Positions 39,229-51,088 of a DNA stretch of 64,000 bases are shown one piece after another. The notes under the pieces were generated by a model. It was not told the origin of the DNA and ran no database searches. It saw only the letters and a list, made by a program, of their open reading frames with translations. Numbering within the stretch: position 1 is the first letter of the stretch; each line of letters begins with the position of its first letter. The position numbers and the translations under genes are program-made. Origin of the DNA: Azolla caroliniana (Eukaryota; Plantae; Polypodiophyta); the NCBI GenBank assembly GCA_043228905.1, contig JBHGNT010000016.1:12772001-12836000 (forward strand). Reading direction: 5' to 3'.

Positions 39229-40385
39229 TCTTCTTCTAATTGGCTAAGGACATCAAATTTGTTTGCGAGATTCGGACTATTAGTACTATTAGGACTATTA
39301 TGACTATGAGGACTATCAGAGATTCCTACTGAAATAGACTCGGGTTTAGTATAATCAGAACTAACAATGACTTGGTTTACCTGCCTTCTTGGTCTATGGG
39401 GACAGTTTATCGCGATATGCCCTGGTCCACCGCAATAAAGGCATAATCGGTTTGTTCGGCGTCGTTGCTTTTCCTCCTCCGATAGCGGCCCACGACGACG
39501 TGTAGTGTCAATTTCCATTGGAGTTGGAGTACTTACTGGAGGCGCATTATGTGACTCCCTTTGAAAAGGTTTTGCTACCACTGAGGCATAGGTAGGCTCG
39601 GATCTTGCCCTCGGCATCTGAAATTGTCGTTCCGAACGTCGCTCGAAGAGGCGGTTGTCACATCTGACCGCTCGACTGATTGCTTCTGTTAATGATTTTG
39701 GCTCTTCAGGGAAAGTCAAGAGTAAATCCTTGACATCGTTGCGTAGACCATAGCGGAACTGCTCCATCAATGCTTGATCATCCCAGGGGATATCGGCGGC
39801 GAGTAGGCGGAAATCTGCAGCATATGCGGAGGCTGGACGGTCACCTTGGCGTAATCGCCGGATTTTGTTGATTGCAGTCCTTATGCTGTCAGTATCTCCA
39901 AAACATGCTTTAAACTCACTTATGAATTCTTCAAAATTATTTAGTACTGGAGATTCCTTTTCTAGTAGCGGAGCGAACCATGCTAATGCTGAGCCATTTA
40001 ACAACGTGCCTACTAAACCCACTCGTGATGCATCGGTGGGATATCGGGACGGATGCATTTGAATAACTAACCGTACCTGGTTAAGAAACCCTCTAAACTG
40101 CGATCGCGTTCCATCGAACTTCGTGGGAAGGCCAATCTTGGGTTCTTTATGAATCCCTTGTGCTCCGTGCCCTTGTTGTTGCATTGCTACGATGGTTGCT
40201 TCGAGTTGTTGCACGCGTAACGCAAGTTCCCCATGCTGTTGTTGCGTTTGCTGCTTTTCTAAGGAAATTTGCTGAAGATCCCCCAACAAGCGTTGATTTT
40301 CTTGTTCCAAAGCATGAAACTTCTCTTTCAAGCATTGAAATTCCGAGAAAACGGATTGATACTCTTCAGCGCTAACGGTGGCCAT
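39216..40385 (-). CDS. gag: Gag (coiled-coil, capsid, CLYCGGPGHIAINC knuckle)
   Basis: 389-aa ORF with sushi/PEG10-like PTKFDG and PMEID motifs. Confidence 0.95.
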   Translation of the reverse strand: MATVSAEEYQSVFSEFQCLKEKFHALEQENQRLLGDLQQISLEKQQTQQQHGELALRVQQLEATIVAMQQQGHGAQGIHKEPKIGLPTKFDGTRSQFRGFLNQVRLVIQMHPSRYPTDASRVGLVGTLLNGSALAWFAPLLEKESPVLNNFEEFISEFKACFGDTDSIRTAINKIRRLRQGDRPASAYAADFRLLAADIPWDDQALMEQFRYGLRNDVKDLLLTFPEEPKSLTEAISRAVRCDNRLFERRSERQFQMPRARSEPTYASVVAKPFQRESHNAPPVSTPTPMEIDTTRRRGPLSEEEKQRRRTNRLCLYCGGPGHIAINCPHRPRRQVNQVIVSSDYTKPESISVGISDSPHSHNSPNSTNSPNLANKFDVLSQLEEELND

Positions 40386-40619
40386 GGGATGAAGGAAAAG
40401 GGAAATAAGAGACTAATAGGAAAGGAGGGAGACAGAAGGAAGAGGGAGAGAAAAGACCAGACAGGCACCGAAAAATCGGTTCAAACTGTCAGGAACTCTA
40501 TTAAGGCAGAGAAGGAATTAGTACTAAAAGAAGGATTAGTACTATTGTCGGGAAATAGTACTAAGACAGAGAAGGATTAGTACTATGAGAGGTGTCGAAC
40601 TTTGAGAGAAGGAATGGGT

Positions 40620-40655
<36 letters not shown>

Positions 40656-41131
40656 TGATGCGAAAGGTATATGTATTATATGAAGGAAGATATACAACAG
40701 TAGTTAGAAGGCTTAAGACTGGCGTTGAACCGATTTGGTTCGAACTAATGCCTTGCGCCTCCTTTTATAGTGTCTTCAGGAATACTCCTGAAGTTTCTAG
40801 AATGTTCCAGAGAAATCTGGAATATACATCAATTTCCCAATAAAACCTAAATGAAAATAATATCCTTCAAATTACAATTCATAACCTAATGGTAAAGTCT
40901 CGACCCGTGTAACAAAAGGTTATGGGTTCGAGTCTAGTTGTGACAGGAAGGATGATCCGATGAAAACGGCAAGTATTGGTATGAATTGAGAGGTTTTTGA
41001 AAACAATTGAATGAAAAAGATGAGTTTTTGAGGTTGATCCATATGTCTAAAAAAGGTAGCCTAAAGGGGGAAGTTTGAATAGTAAGCTTGATGGAGTTAT
41101 TTGTGTATAAAGGGTAAAAGTAAGCTTGATG

Positions 41132-44100
41132 GACTAACGTGATAACCAACTACACCATCTGGACCCATTTGTCATTACTAATTTCATAGTTTCACATGAA
41201 TTTTTTAATTAGACCAAGACATTGGCATATCACACTGATATTGACATAACGACTTTGTAAGTTTGCCAAGTGGTAGTAAGATTTACGTTATAGAAGTCTT
41301 TGTGACTACATACCATTTAGATTAAAAAAGATAGTACGAATGGAAGCAAGAAATGAAGAATTCTTTTTCCTTTACTTAATATATGTGCAGGACATGCAGT
41401 TAGTTTAACATAATACTTGACTATATCAAGATAATTACAATCAGTCAACCGTGCAAAGAACAATAGCTATGATTCTAGTCAGTCTAAATAGCACTTTTCT
41501 TATCCAAACGTAGACTGTAACCGGAGACCTCTAATGTGTTAGATTTGCATGAAAATCAACTACACCATTTAAACATATGAATGATATCTATTTGTCTATC
41601 TTAGTTAATCTTGGTGCAATAACTATTGAACAATAGAGTGTTCTTAGATGAGTTTCAAGATATCATTTACTTGTAAAAGAATAGTTCAAAAGATGCAAAT
41701 AAACCCGGACTCATACCGAAGACGTCTAGTGTGGAAGTCTAGTGTGATAACCAACTACACTATCTAGATGCAATTGTGAATATCACCCAATTTCATGCAT
41801 TTTGATGAATTTGATACTTTCACTAAAGCAACTTCAACATGGCCATCATTAGTTTCAATGTATCCCATGTGGTTGTGGCAGTTAGGTGAAACAAGTCTCT
41901 AGAAAGAAATAGGAGTAATTGATACAAGAAATTAACACATAGATTTTCTTGGCATACATGAGGTCCACTTAGTTTCACTAAATATATTGTAGATCTATAA
42001 ACAAAGATCATTTTTTGTTGTCCAAACACGGACTCGAACCAAAGACCTCTAGTGTGTAAGACTAGTGTGATAATCAACTACACTATTTGAACCCAATTGT
42101 GAAAACCCATTTCATGGATTGAAATGAATTTGTTACTTTGACTGATGCGATGTCACAACCACATGGTCATCACAAGTTTCAATGTAGCCCATGTGGTAGT
42201 GGCATTTATCTCAAACATGTCAGAAACAGATAGCACTATTTGACGTTGATCTTCTCATCGATTTTCTTGGCTTAAGGTATGTGCATGAGATCCACTTAGT
42301 TCCACTAAATATATTCATATATACTAATTCTTCTACTCATTCAATGTAACAATTTTTGTTGTCCAAACACGGAGTCGAACCGAAGAGCTCTAGTGTGTAA
42401 GACTAGCGTGATAACCAACTACACTATTTGGACACAATTGTAAATACCAATTTCATGGATTCAAATGAATTTGTTACTTTGACAGATGCGACGTCACAAC
42501 TACATGGCCATCACGAGTTTCATTGTACCCAATGTGGTAGTGGAATTTAGCTCAAACATGTCAGAAACAAATAGCACTATTTGACACAAAAATGTAAACG
42601 TTCATTTTCTTGGCGATATAGTATTTTTCTAAAGACAGATACCAATTATACTACTCATTCATGTAGCATCATTTCTTGTCCAAACCCGGACTTGAAGCAA
42701 AGACCTCTAGTGTGTTAGAGTAGTGTGATAACCAACTACACTATCTGAACATATGGAAAATACCTAGCTTGGATCGATGAATAAAACACTAAGCTTGATG
42801 TAAATTCCATATGTCAATTCGAAAAGACTAAGTTAAAACATTATTGTTGTTGTAATCGACAAGATTAACTATGCAAACCCAGTTTCGAACCGGAGAGCTC
42901 TAGTGTGTGAGATTAATCAACCCCACCATCTAGACCCATTTCTCATTACTAATTTAATAGTTTGAAATGATTTTGTTAATTAGACCAAGCGACTGGCGTG
43001 TCACATTGAAGTTTGTCAAGTGGTAGTAAGATTTACCTTATAGAAGTCCTTTTGACTACATATCAATTAGATTGAAAGAGATAGCACGAATAGAAGCAAG
43101 AAATGAAGAATTCCTTTTGTTTGCTTAATATATGTGCAGGAGTTGCAATTACTTTTACTTAATACTTGACTATATCTACATCATTACAATCAGCCAACCA
43201 TGCAACAAACAATGCTATGATTTTAGTCAGTCTAAATAGCACTTCTCTTGTCCAAACATAGACTGTAACAAGAGACCTCTAATGTGTTAGAGTAGCATCA
43301 TCGGGTGGGTTTGACGGGAAAGGTGTATCTCAAGGTAGTTATGGATCTCATATATGAAATGTAAATATTGTATGTTACATCAATATGGCGATTCACAAAT
43401 ATGTATAAATATAGGTGTTAGTCATTTTGTAAATTTTGTATGTTTTCTTCTAAATCTCACGTTTCGATTATTTAGACATTTTTTGAAAACCCTAAATTTT
43501 TGGACATGGTATAAATCAATATATTTTGATTCAATTTCCAAAAACCTTTACAAATGTGATGGTCCTTTTTGTATCTTTTTTGGATGGACTAATGGAATGA
43601 TATTTTGTTTTGGAGAAACAAAGGTACATTAGAAGCATTACGTGATGTCGCAAGGGGTGCATCTCTAAATCTCCATGCCTGGAGGCGCATGAAGAGTCGT
43701 CTCATACTCAAGAATGAGAGTGCAATATACCTTAAGTCATTACCTAATCTTCAAGTAATATATATCAAGAGATGGGGGGAGGTAGTGTTAGCATCACATG
43801 GTGACGCATCTCATCACACATTTTCGAAGACTCTTAAAGAGTTAAAACGGATACCAATTATTCTATTCATTCTAGATAGCATCATGTCTGGTCCATACCC
43901 GTACTTGAATGAACCGAAGACGTCTAGTGTGTTAGACTAGCGTGATAACCAACTACACCATCTAGACATATTGAGAATAATTAGCTTGGATTGACCATTA
44001 AAACTCTAAGCTCGATGGAAATTCCATATGTCAATTCGAAAAGAATAAGTTAAAACATTATTGTTGTTGTAATCGACAATATTATGTGTCAAAACCGTGC

Positions 44101-46187
44101 TTCAAACCAGAGACCTCTACTGTGTGAGAATTGCGTGATAACCAACTACACCATCTAGACCTATTTGTCATTACAAATTTAATAGTTTCACATGAATTTA
44201 ATAATTAGACCAAACGATTAGCATGTCAAACTGACATTGACATAACAACTTTGTAAGTTTGCCAAGTGGTAGTAAGATTTACCTTATAGAAATCTTTCTA
44301 ACTACATACCATTTAGATTAAAAAAGATAGCACCAATGGAAGCAAGAAATGAGGAATTGTTTTTGCTTTGCTTAATATATGTGCACGACTTGCAGTTAGT
44401 TTAACTTAACACTTGACTATATCGAAATAATTGGAATCAGCCAACCATACAAAGAATAATAGTTATGATTCTAGTCATTCTAAATAGCACATCTCTTGTC
44501 CAAACGTAGATTGTAACCAAAGACATCCAATGTGTTAGACTAGCATGAAAATCAACTACAACATCTAAACATATCCACAATATCTATTTGTCTAACTTAA
44601 TTAATCTTGGTGCAATAACGATTGAACAATACAGTGTTCAAGATTAGAAAAATTTCAAGATATCATTTATTCGTAAAAGAATAGTTCAAAACATACCAAT
44701 AAACCCAGACTCAAACCGAAGACGTCTATTGTGGAAGTTTAGTGTGATAACCAACTACACTATATGGACCTAATTGTGGAGATCAATTTCATGGATTTAG
44801 TTGAATTGGATACTTTCACTGAAACGATGTCAAAACTACATGGGTATTATGAGTTTCAATGTATCCCATGTGGTAGTGGCATTTAGCTCAAACAAGTGTC
44901 TAGAAAGAAACATATAGCCCTAATTGACACAAGAAATGAATACGTCGATTTTCTTCACTTAAGGTACATGCATGAGAACCACTTAGTTCACTAAATATAT
45001 TCATATATACCAATTCTTCTACTGAATCTATGTAATATTTTTTGTTGTCCAAACATGGACTCAAACATAACCAACTACACTATTTCGACCCAATTGTAAA
45101 AACCAATGTGATGGATTCAAATGAATTTGTTACTTAAATGGATTCGATGTCACAACTACATGGCCATCACGAGTTTCGATGTAGCCCATGTGATACTGGC
45201 ATTTAGTGTTAGAAACATATAACACTATTTGACACACTAATGTAGATGTTGATTTCCTTGGCAATATTGTATTTTTACGTATACCAATTATTCTATTGAT
45301 TCTATGTTGTATCTTTTCTTGTCCATACCCGGACTTGACCGGAGACCTCTAGTGTGTTAGACTAGCGTGATAACCAACTACACCATCTGGACACATTGAG
45401 AATAACTAACTTGGATCGATAAATAGAAGACTAATCTCAATAGAAATTCCATATGTGAATTCGAAAAAAATAAGTTAAAATATTATTGTTATTGTAATCG
45501 ACAAGATTATGTGTGGAAACCCGGTTTCGAATCTCAGACCTCTAGTGTGTGAGACTAGCGTGATAACCAACCACACCATTTTGACCCATTCATCATTACT
45601 AATTTAATAGTTTCACACGAATTTGTTAATTAGACCAAGCGATCGGCATGTCATACTGACATTGACATAACGACTTTGTAAGTTTGCTAAGTGGTAGTAA
45701 GATTTACGTTATAGAAGTCTTTTTACTACATAGCATTTAGATTGAAAAGGTAGCACGAATGAAAGCATGAAATAAAGAATTGTTTTTTCTTTGCTTAATA
45801 TATGTCAAGGACTTGTAGTTAGTTTAACTTAATACTTGACTCTATCAACATCATTACAATCAGACTACTGTGGAAAGAACAATTAGTCTAAATAGCACTT
45901 CTCTTGTCCAAACGTACACTGTAACCGGAGATGTCTAATGTGTGAGAGTAGCATGAAAATCAACGACACCATCGAAACATATCCACGATATCTATTTGTC
46001 TATCTTAATTAATCTTGGTGCAATAAGGATTAAACTTAGACTCGAACAGAAAACCTCTAGTGTGTAAGACTAGCGTAATAACCAACTACACTATTTGGAC
46101 CTAATTGTGAAAACCAAATTCATGGATTCAAATGAATTTGTTACTTTGACTGATGCGATGTGACAACTATATGTCCATCAAGAGTTT
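41132..46187 (-). repeat. tRNA-Val-derived higher-order array, right arm part 1 (about 17 units)
   Basis: Recurrent GACCTCTAGTGTGT(A/G/T)AGACTAGCGTGATAACCAACTACAC every 190-410 bp. Confidence 0.92.
43299..43850. other. Unclassified AT-rich dispersed repeat; the first 270 bp or so are also at 62955-63220
   Basis: Direct sequence similarity between the two copies; no TIR, LTR or TSD recognised. Confidence 0.6.
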
Positions 46188-47443
46188 TTTTGTGATACAA
46201 GGTCAACATTGGGTGGGTAAACTGGTTCGTAAACTAGTCCGTAGGTTGGGTGCGTAAACCGGGTGCGCAATGAGAGGTCGTAGCTGTGCATAAACTAGTA
46301 GGCCGTCGGAAAGATATTCCGCGGAGGAATATATTTGGGGACTTCGTGTAGGGGCTCATTGATGAGCATTGAAGTATGTGTCAGTACTTCTGTTAGTCCG
46401 TATGGACTTGTATAAAAGGGCTCTCTAAGCACATCCTATGTACAAAGTCTTATTTTCTTGGAATAGAATTATTGTCTAATCTCTCTCTGTCTTTCCCTCT
46501 TCTTCTTCTCTCTGTGTTTGTTGTATTTCACCGAACTGTCATATTTCCGAACTCTGTACTCTGTGTCTTTTACGCACACCCTTCCATGTAACAGGCGGCA
46601 AGCAGAGTTCTCTACTACTTCGCATCCGTTGTGAGTGGTCAACTTCTAAGCTACATTTGGGATGTGAAGACGTCAAAGGATGCTTGGGGAAATCTGAAAA
46701 AGATTTTCGCTGCGAGCAGCACAACCAGAAAGCTCCAACTCAGGTAAGAGTTGAGCAATGTTCGACAACGAGATATGTTGATGGTTGACTACACCTCCAA
46801 GATAAAGGACATCTGTGACTCTCTCGCCTCCGTCATTGTAAACGTCGAGGAGGACGAAATGGTGTAGGTTTGCCTCGTAGGTTATGTCGTGACTCTTGAG
46901 TAGGAAGCAGAGAGAGAGCGATGGCGATAGAGATAACGATAACAATAGAGATAACGATAACGATAGAGATGGCGAGAGCGGTAGAGATAGCGATAGTGAT
47001 AGCAAAAGAGAGTGAAAGAGGGAGAGAGTGCGAGAGAGAGAAAAGTATAAGTGAGAGATAAGAAATGGGAATGCGATTATATTATGAGAAAGAAGATTAC
47101 AAGGAGTAGGCTAAGGGCTAAAGACTGGTGTTGAACCGAATGAGTTGTGATGAGTGTATGGACTCTTATTTATAGGCCCTTATGGAGTATTCTAGAATGT
47201 TCTAGAATATTTTAGATATTTATGAATAATAATAATAATAAATATAATCATGAAATATTCAAGAACATTCTAGAATAATCTAGAATGTTCTAAATATCTC
47301 GTAATAACTAAACATATAATTATTATGATTACATCTCACATATGTTATTACAATGGTTAAAGTACAATATGTAAACCAAGAGGTTATGGGTTCGATTCCT
47401 GGTTCGCCAAGATGAATGTCATGATAAGCCAAGATGTATGTCT

Positions 47444-50400
47444 TCATGACATTATCCCCCCTTTTCGATGACGAGTTGCACGAGTCGGAAGAAAAGAGTT
47501 CAGACTTGGTTTATGAGGATATTGGTTGTGAAATGCAACAACCATGTCGGAGGCATTGGCAAGATGTTCGGCAGGCTCCCATGTTCGATCATTAGGTGTA
47601 TAGCCTAACCAATCAACCAAGTAGTATAGTTTGTTGCGAATGATCTTGGAGTCGAGGATAGCGGCAACCTCATATTCAGAGCCATTGGAAACGTCAATTG
47701 GAGGTGGGGGAGGTGTAACACGACCCGGAATAGAGCTCGTTGTGTAGGGCTCCAAAAGTGAAACATGGAAGACCGGGTGAAGACGCATATGAGGAGGAAG
47801 ATCAAGACGAAATGTCACATCATTGATCTTACCACTTATGACATATGGGCCAAAACGTTGATAATCCAATTTGTAGCAAGGTCGGGTCGTTTTAATGCTA
47901 CCTTGTAAGAGCCATACACGATCGCCTACTTGAAATGTAGTCGATGAATCACGCCGATGACGGTCAGCAATCTTCTTTTGAGTGTTTTGGGCTTCACATA
48001 AATGATGCAAAAGCATATCCTGAACTTCTTGGAGTCGAGTGAGCCGATCTTCAGCAGTTGGGTTTTTTGGGAGTTCAGGATGTTCAAGCATCGTCCAACG
48101 AGGATGGTACCCAATGTTTGCAAAAAATGGGGAATATCCAGTAGAAGAATGCTCGGAGTTGTTATAAGCAAATTCTGCCAAAGGTAGTAAATCCACCCAA
48201 TCATCTTGTTGATAGTTGACAAAACAACGTAGATATTGCTCGACTGTTTGGTTGGTGCGCTCACTCTGCCCATTAGTCTCTGGATGGTAGCCGGAAGAGA
48301 GTTTACAAGAAGTATGTAAGAGTTTGAACATGTGCCGCCAAAATTTCGAGATGAATTGGGGACCCCGATCACTGATAATATCATCCGGAAGACCATGATG
48401 GCGAAACACCTCCCGCATGAGTAAATCAGCTGTCTCTTGACTAGTAATGGTCTTTGTGCATGGAAGGAAATGTGCCATCTTCGTAAAACGATCGACAACC
48501 GTGAGAATCGAATCAAATCCCTTGGAAGGTGGAAGATCCGTAATAAAGTCCAAGGAAATAGATTTCCATGGGCTCTCCGGAATAGGCATTGGCTGTAATA
48601 AGCCATATGGATGATGTCGAGGCTTTTTTGATCGGCAACATGTATCACAGCTACGAACATAATCCGTAACAAAATGGCGAAGCCGTGGCCACCAATATCG
48701 GCGAGAAATCAACTCAAAAGTCTTGTGGATGCCGAAGTGTCCCGCCATTCGTGTGTCATGACATTGTTGCATGACTTTGAGTCGAGAAGGACCGTCAGGC
48801 ACATACAAGAGAGTTTGTCGAAAAAGTAACCCATCATGCCAACTAAACTGGGTGTAGTCTAGACGAGGATTTTGAGTTTGGGAGCTAGATGCACGATTTG
48901 GGATAATATGGCTCAAAACCTCTTGGGCGAACGCATCAGTCGCAATCTGCTCACGAATGGAATCAAGAAGCCTTGAATCTCCCGGTGTGTTGATGGTATG
49001 TATTGCCATTATTCGTAGACGATCAGGACCTAAGAGGATTTGCTTTTGGCTTTCAAATGCGGCCTCTCCAGGTTGAAGTTCCATATACGAACGTCTAGAT
49101 AAAGCATCTGCTTTTCCTTGTTGCATCCTAGGGCGATATAGAATTACAAAATCGAAACGAGTTAAGAACTGCGCCCAACGAGCTTGTCGTCGATTCAAGA
49201 CTCGAGCACTTTGAAAGTATGTTAGATTTTTATGATCATTGTAGACAATAATCTGCTGAGAAGAACCCTCCAGAAAATGACGCCATTGTTGAAAAGAATC
49301 CACAATGGCAAGAAGCTCTTTGTCGTGAATCTCATAGTTGATTTCTGCGGCTTCAAATTTTCGTGAGTGAAAAGCCACCGGGTGCAGTTCACCATCATCA
49401 CCAATTTGGGATAGTACACTTCCGAGTGCGAAATCCGATGCATCAGCTTCAAGTATAAAGCGCCTCATTGGATCGACATGGATTAAGATTGGTGCGGATG
49501 TAAATGCTTGCTTTAAACCCTCAAATGCAGAGTTCGCATCTATACTCCATACAAATGATCGATTCTTGTGCGTCAGTTGAGTGAGGGGCAACACAATTTT
49601 TGAATAATCTTTGATGAACTTGCGATAAAAGTTTGCGAACCCCAAAAAACATTGCACATCTCGCACGGACTGTGGTGTTTGCCAATCCAAAATTGTTTGA
49701 ACCTTTGATGGATCCATAGAGATGCCATTTGAAGAGACTATGTACCCCAAAAACTCCACTTGACATTGGTCGAAACTACACTTCTCCAATTTTGCATAGA
49801 GACCATACTCTCGTAGCCGTTGCAAAACTTGGCGAACATGTATATCATGTTCTTCTTGAGTTTTTGAGTAGATCAAGATATCATCCAGGTAAACAATGAT
49901 GAAGATATCGAGGAAGTCTCGAAAAATATCATTCGCCATATGTTGGAAGACTGCTGGTGCATTCGTGAGGCCAAAAGGCATCACTGTGTACTCAAAATGA
50001 CCATAGCGAGTGCGGAACGCCGTCTTCCATTCATCCCCAGGACGAATTCGAACAAGGTTGTAGGCACCTCGAAGATCTAACTTCGTGAAATACTTTGCTT
50101 CACTGAGGCGTTCTAGAAGGCTTGAGATCAATGGGAGAGCATATCGGTTTCTAACGGTCACTTTATTCAAGCCTCGATAATCCACGACCATACGAAGCGT
50201 ACCATCTTTCTTCTTAACGAAAAAGATGGGTGCACCAGCAGGAGATTTTGAATGTTGGATAAAACCATTTGCCAAGTTCTCATTGATATATTCTCGAAGA
50301 ACCTCTAACTCCGTGGGCGAAAGATTATAAATTGGTCCCCATGGAGGCTCTTTTCCTGGCTGCAAATCAATTGGGCAATCATATGGTCGATGCTCTGGTA

Positions 50401-51088
50401 GTCTATTAGCCTTCACCTTATCGAACACATCGGAGAATTCTATGTACTTCTTTGGTAGTTGGACCCCCAATTCTTGTGAGCTAGATGAGGGAGTTGCTAA
50501 AACCGCAAATACCATCATGTCTTCCTTTCTTCCATCCTCTCGTAATTGATGTATAGAGATTGTTGAAATTGTGGGGGATCCTAGATCCTTAGTTGGAGCT
50601 TCAAGAGACTTGGATTGTACGGTGACCTCTTCAATAGTTCTTTTTCTCCAATCAATGGTTGGGTTATGTAACTCAAACCAAGGAAGACCAAGAACTAGAG
50701 AGTGCTCCGGACTACTAATGATGTTAAATGAGATGACACTAGCCAAATTACCTAGGACTACACGAATTGGTTCAGACTCTTCAACTATATCTCCCGATGC
50801 TATAGGGCGACCATCGATGACTCCTACAGCTACTGGGTTTGGGAGTTTTTTCAAGATGATGTTTTGAGTCAATGCAAACTCGCGATCCATGAAACAGGAA
50901 TTGGCTCCGGAATCTAGGAGGGCAGAGGCTAGGGCGCGATGACCTGTAGATGTGCTAAGCTCGACTTGTGCAGAAAAAACTCTACTAACTTGATTTGATG
51001 AAATGGAACCACAACTAGGTACTGACTCTACATAACTAGGATGGTCCAACCAAATGGCTCCTATTTTGGCCGGACTTATTCGTTTAAC
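47444..51088 (-). CDS. pol: Pol (PR-RT-RH-IN-chromodomain), probably expressed by -1 frameshift from gag
   Basis: Same motif set as chromovirus A; open frame of more than 1200 aa. Confidence 0.95.
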   Translation of the reverse strand, partial: VKRISPAKIGAIWLDHPSYVESVPSCGSISSNQVSRVFSAQVELSTSTGHRALASALLDSGANSCFMDREFALTQNIILKKLPNPVAVGVIDGRPIASGDIVEESEPIRVVLGNLASVISFNIISSPEHSLVLGLPWFELHNPTIDWRKRTIEEVTVQSKSLEAPTKDLGSPTISTISIHQLREDGRKEDMMVFAVLATPSSSSQELGVQLPKKYIEFSDVFDKVKANRLPEHRPYDCPIDLQPGKEPPWGPIYNLSPTELEVLREYINENLANGFIQHSKSPAGAPIFFVKKKDGTLRMVVDYRGLNKVTVRNRYALPLISSLLERLSEAKYFTKLDLRGAYNLVRIRPGDEWKTAFRTRYGHFEYTVMPFGLTNAPAVFQHMANDIFRDFLDIFIIVYLDDILIYSKTQEEHDIHVRQVLQRLREYGLYAKLEKCSFDQCQVEFLGYIVSSNGISMDPSKVQTILDWQTPQSVRDVQCFLGFANFYRKFIKDYSKIVLPLTQLTHKNRSFVWSIDANSAFEGLKQAFTSAPILIHVDPMRRFILEADASDFALGSVLSQIGDDGELHPVAFHSRKFEAAEINYEIHDKELLAIVDSFQQWRHFLEGSSQQIIVYNDHKNLTYFQSARVLNRRQARWAQFLTRFDFVILYRPRMQQGKADALSRRSYMELQPGEAAFESQKQILLGPDRLRIMAIHTINTPGDSRLLDSIREQIATDAFAQEVLSHIIPNRASSSQTQNPRLDYTQFSWHDGLLFRQTLLYVPDGPSRLKVMQQCHDTRMAGHFGIHKTFELISRRYWWPRLRHFVTDYVRSCDTCCRSKKPRHHPYGLLQPMPIPESPWKSISLDFITDLPPSKGFDSILTVVDRFTKMAHFLPCTKTITSQETADLLMREVFRHHGLPDDIISDRGPQFISKFWRHMFKLLHTSCKLSSGYHPETNGQSERTNQTVEQYLRCFVNYQQDDWVDLLPLAEFAYNNSEHSSTGYSPFFANIGYHPRWTMLEHPELPKNPTAEDRLTRLQEVQDMLLHHLCEAQNTQKKIADRHRRDSSTTFQVGDRVWLLQGSIKTTRPCYKLDYQRFGPYVISGKINDVTFRLDLPPHMRLHPVFHVSLLEPYTTSSIPGRVTPPPPPIDVSNGSEYEVAAILDSKIIRNKLYYLVDWLGYTPNDRTWEPAEHLANASDMVVAFHNQYPHKPSLNSFLPTRATRHRKGGIMS

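Larger units (their letters stand above)
35171..40945 (-). mobile_element. Intact chromovirus A (Ty3/gypsy, Tcn1/sushi-like)
   Basis: LTRs 35171-35639 and 40487-40945 differ only in (GA)n length and one substitution seen; TSD GGAAG; PPT; open gag and pol. Confidence 0.97.
34193..41131 (-). mobile_element. 5'-truncated Penelope-like retroelement (RT thumb region plus 3' UTR), split by chromovirus A
   Basis: Joined across the GGAAG TSD it reads PFLDIWI..FQKPLNSYQYLPFSSDHP/SHTKQHFITNEVRRY..RL..CDYP..FI, a typical PLE RT C-terminal pattern; hammerhead motif in the 3' UTR. Confidence 0.8.

Noticed and set aside
47926-48672. 248-aa overlapping ORF within pol, and many antisense ORFs over TE genes
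   Set aside because: No recognisable motifs, and the 248-aa ORF is not kept open in the paralogous chromovirus A.
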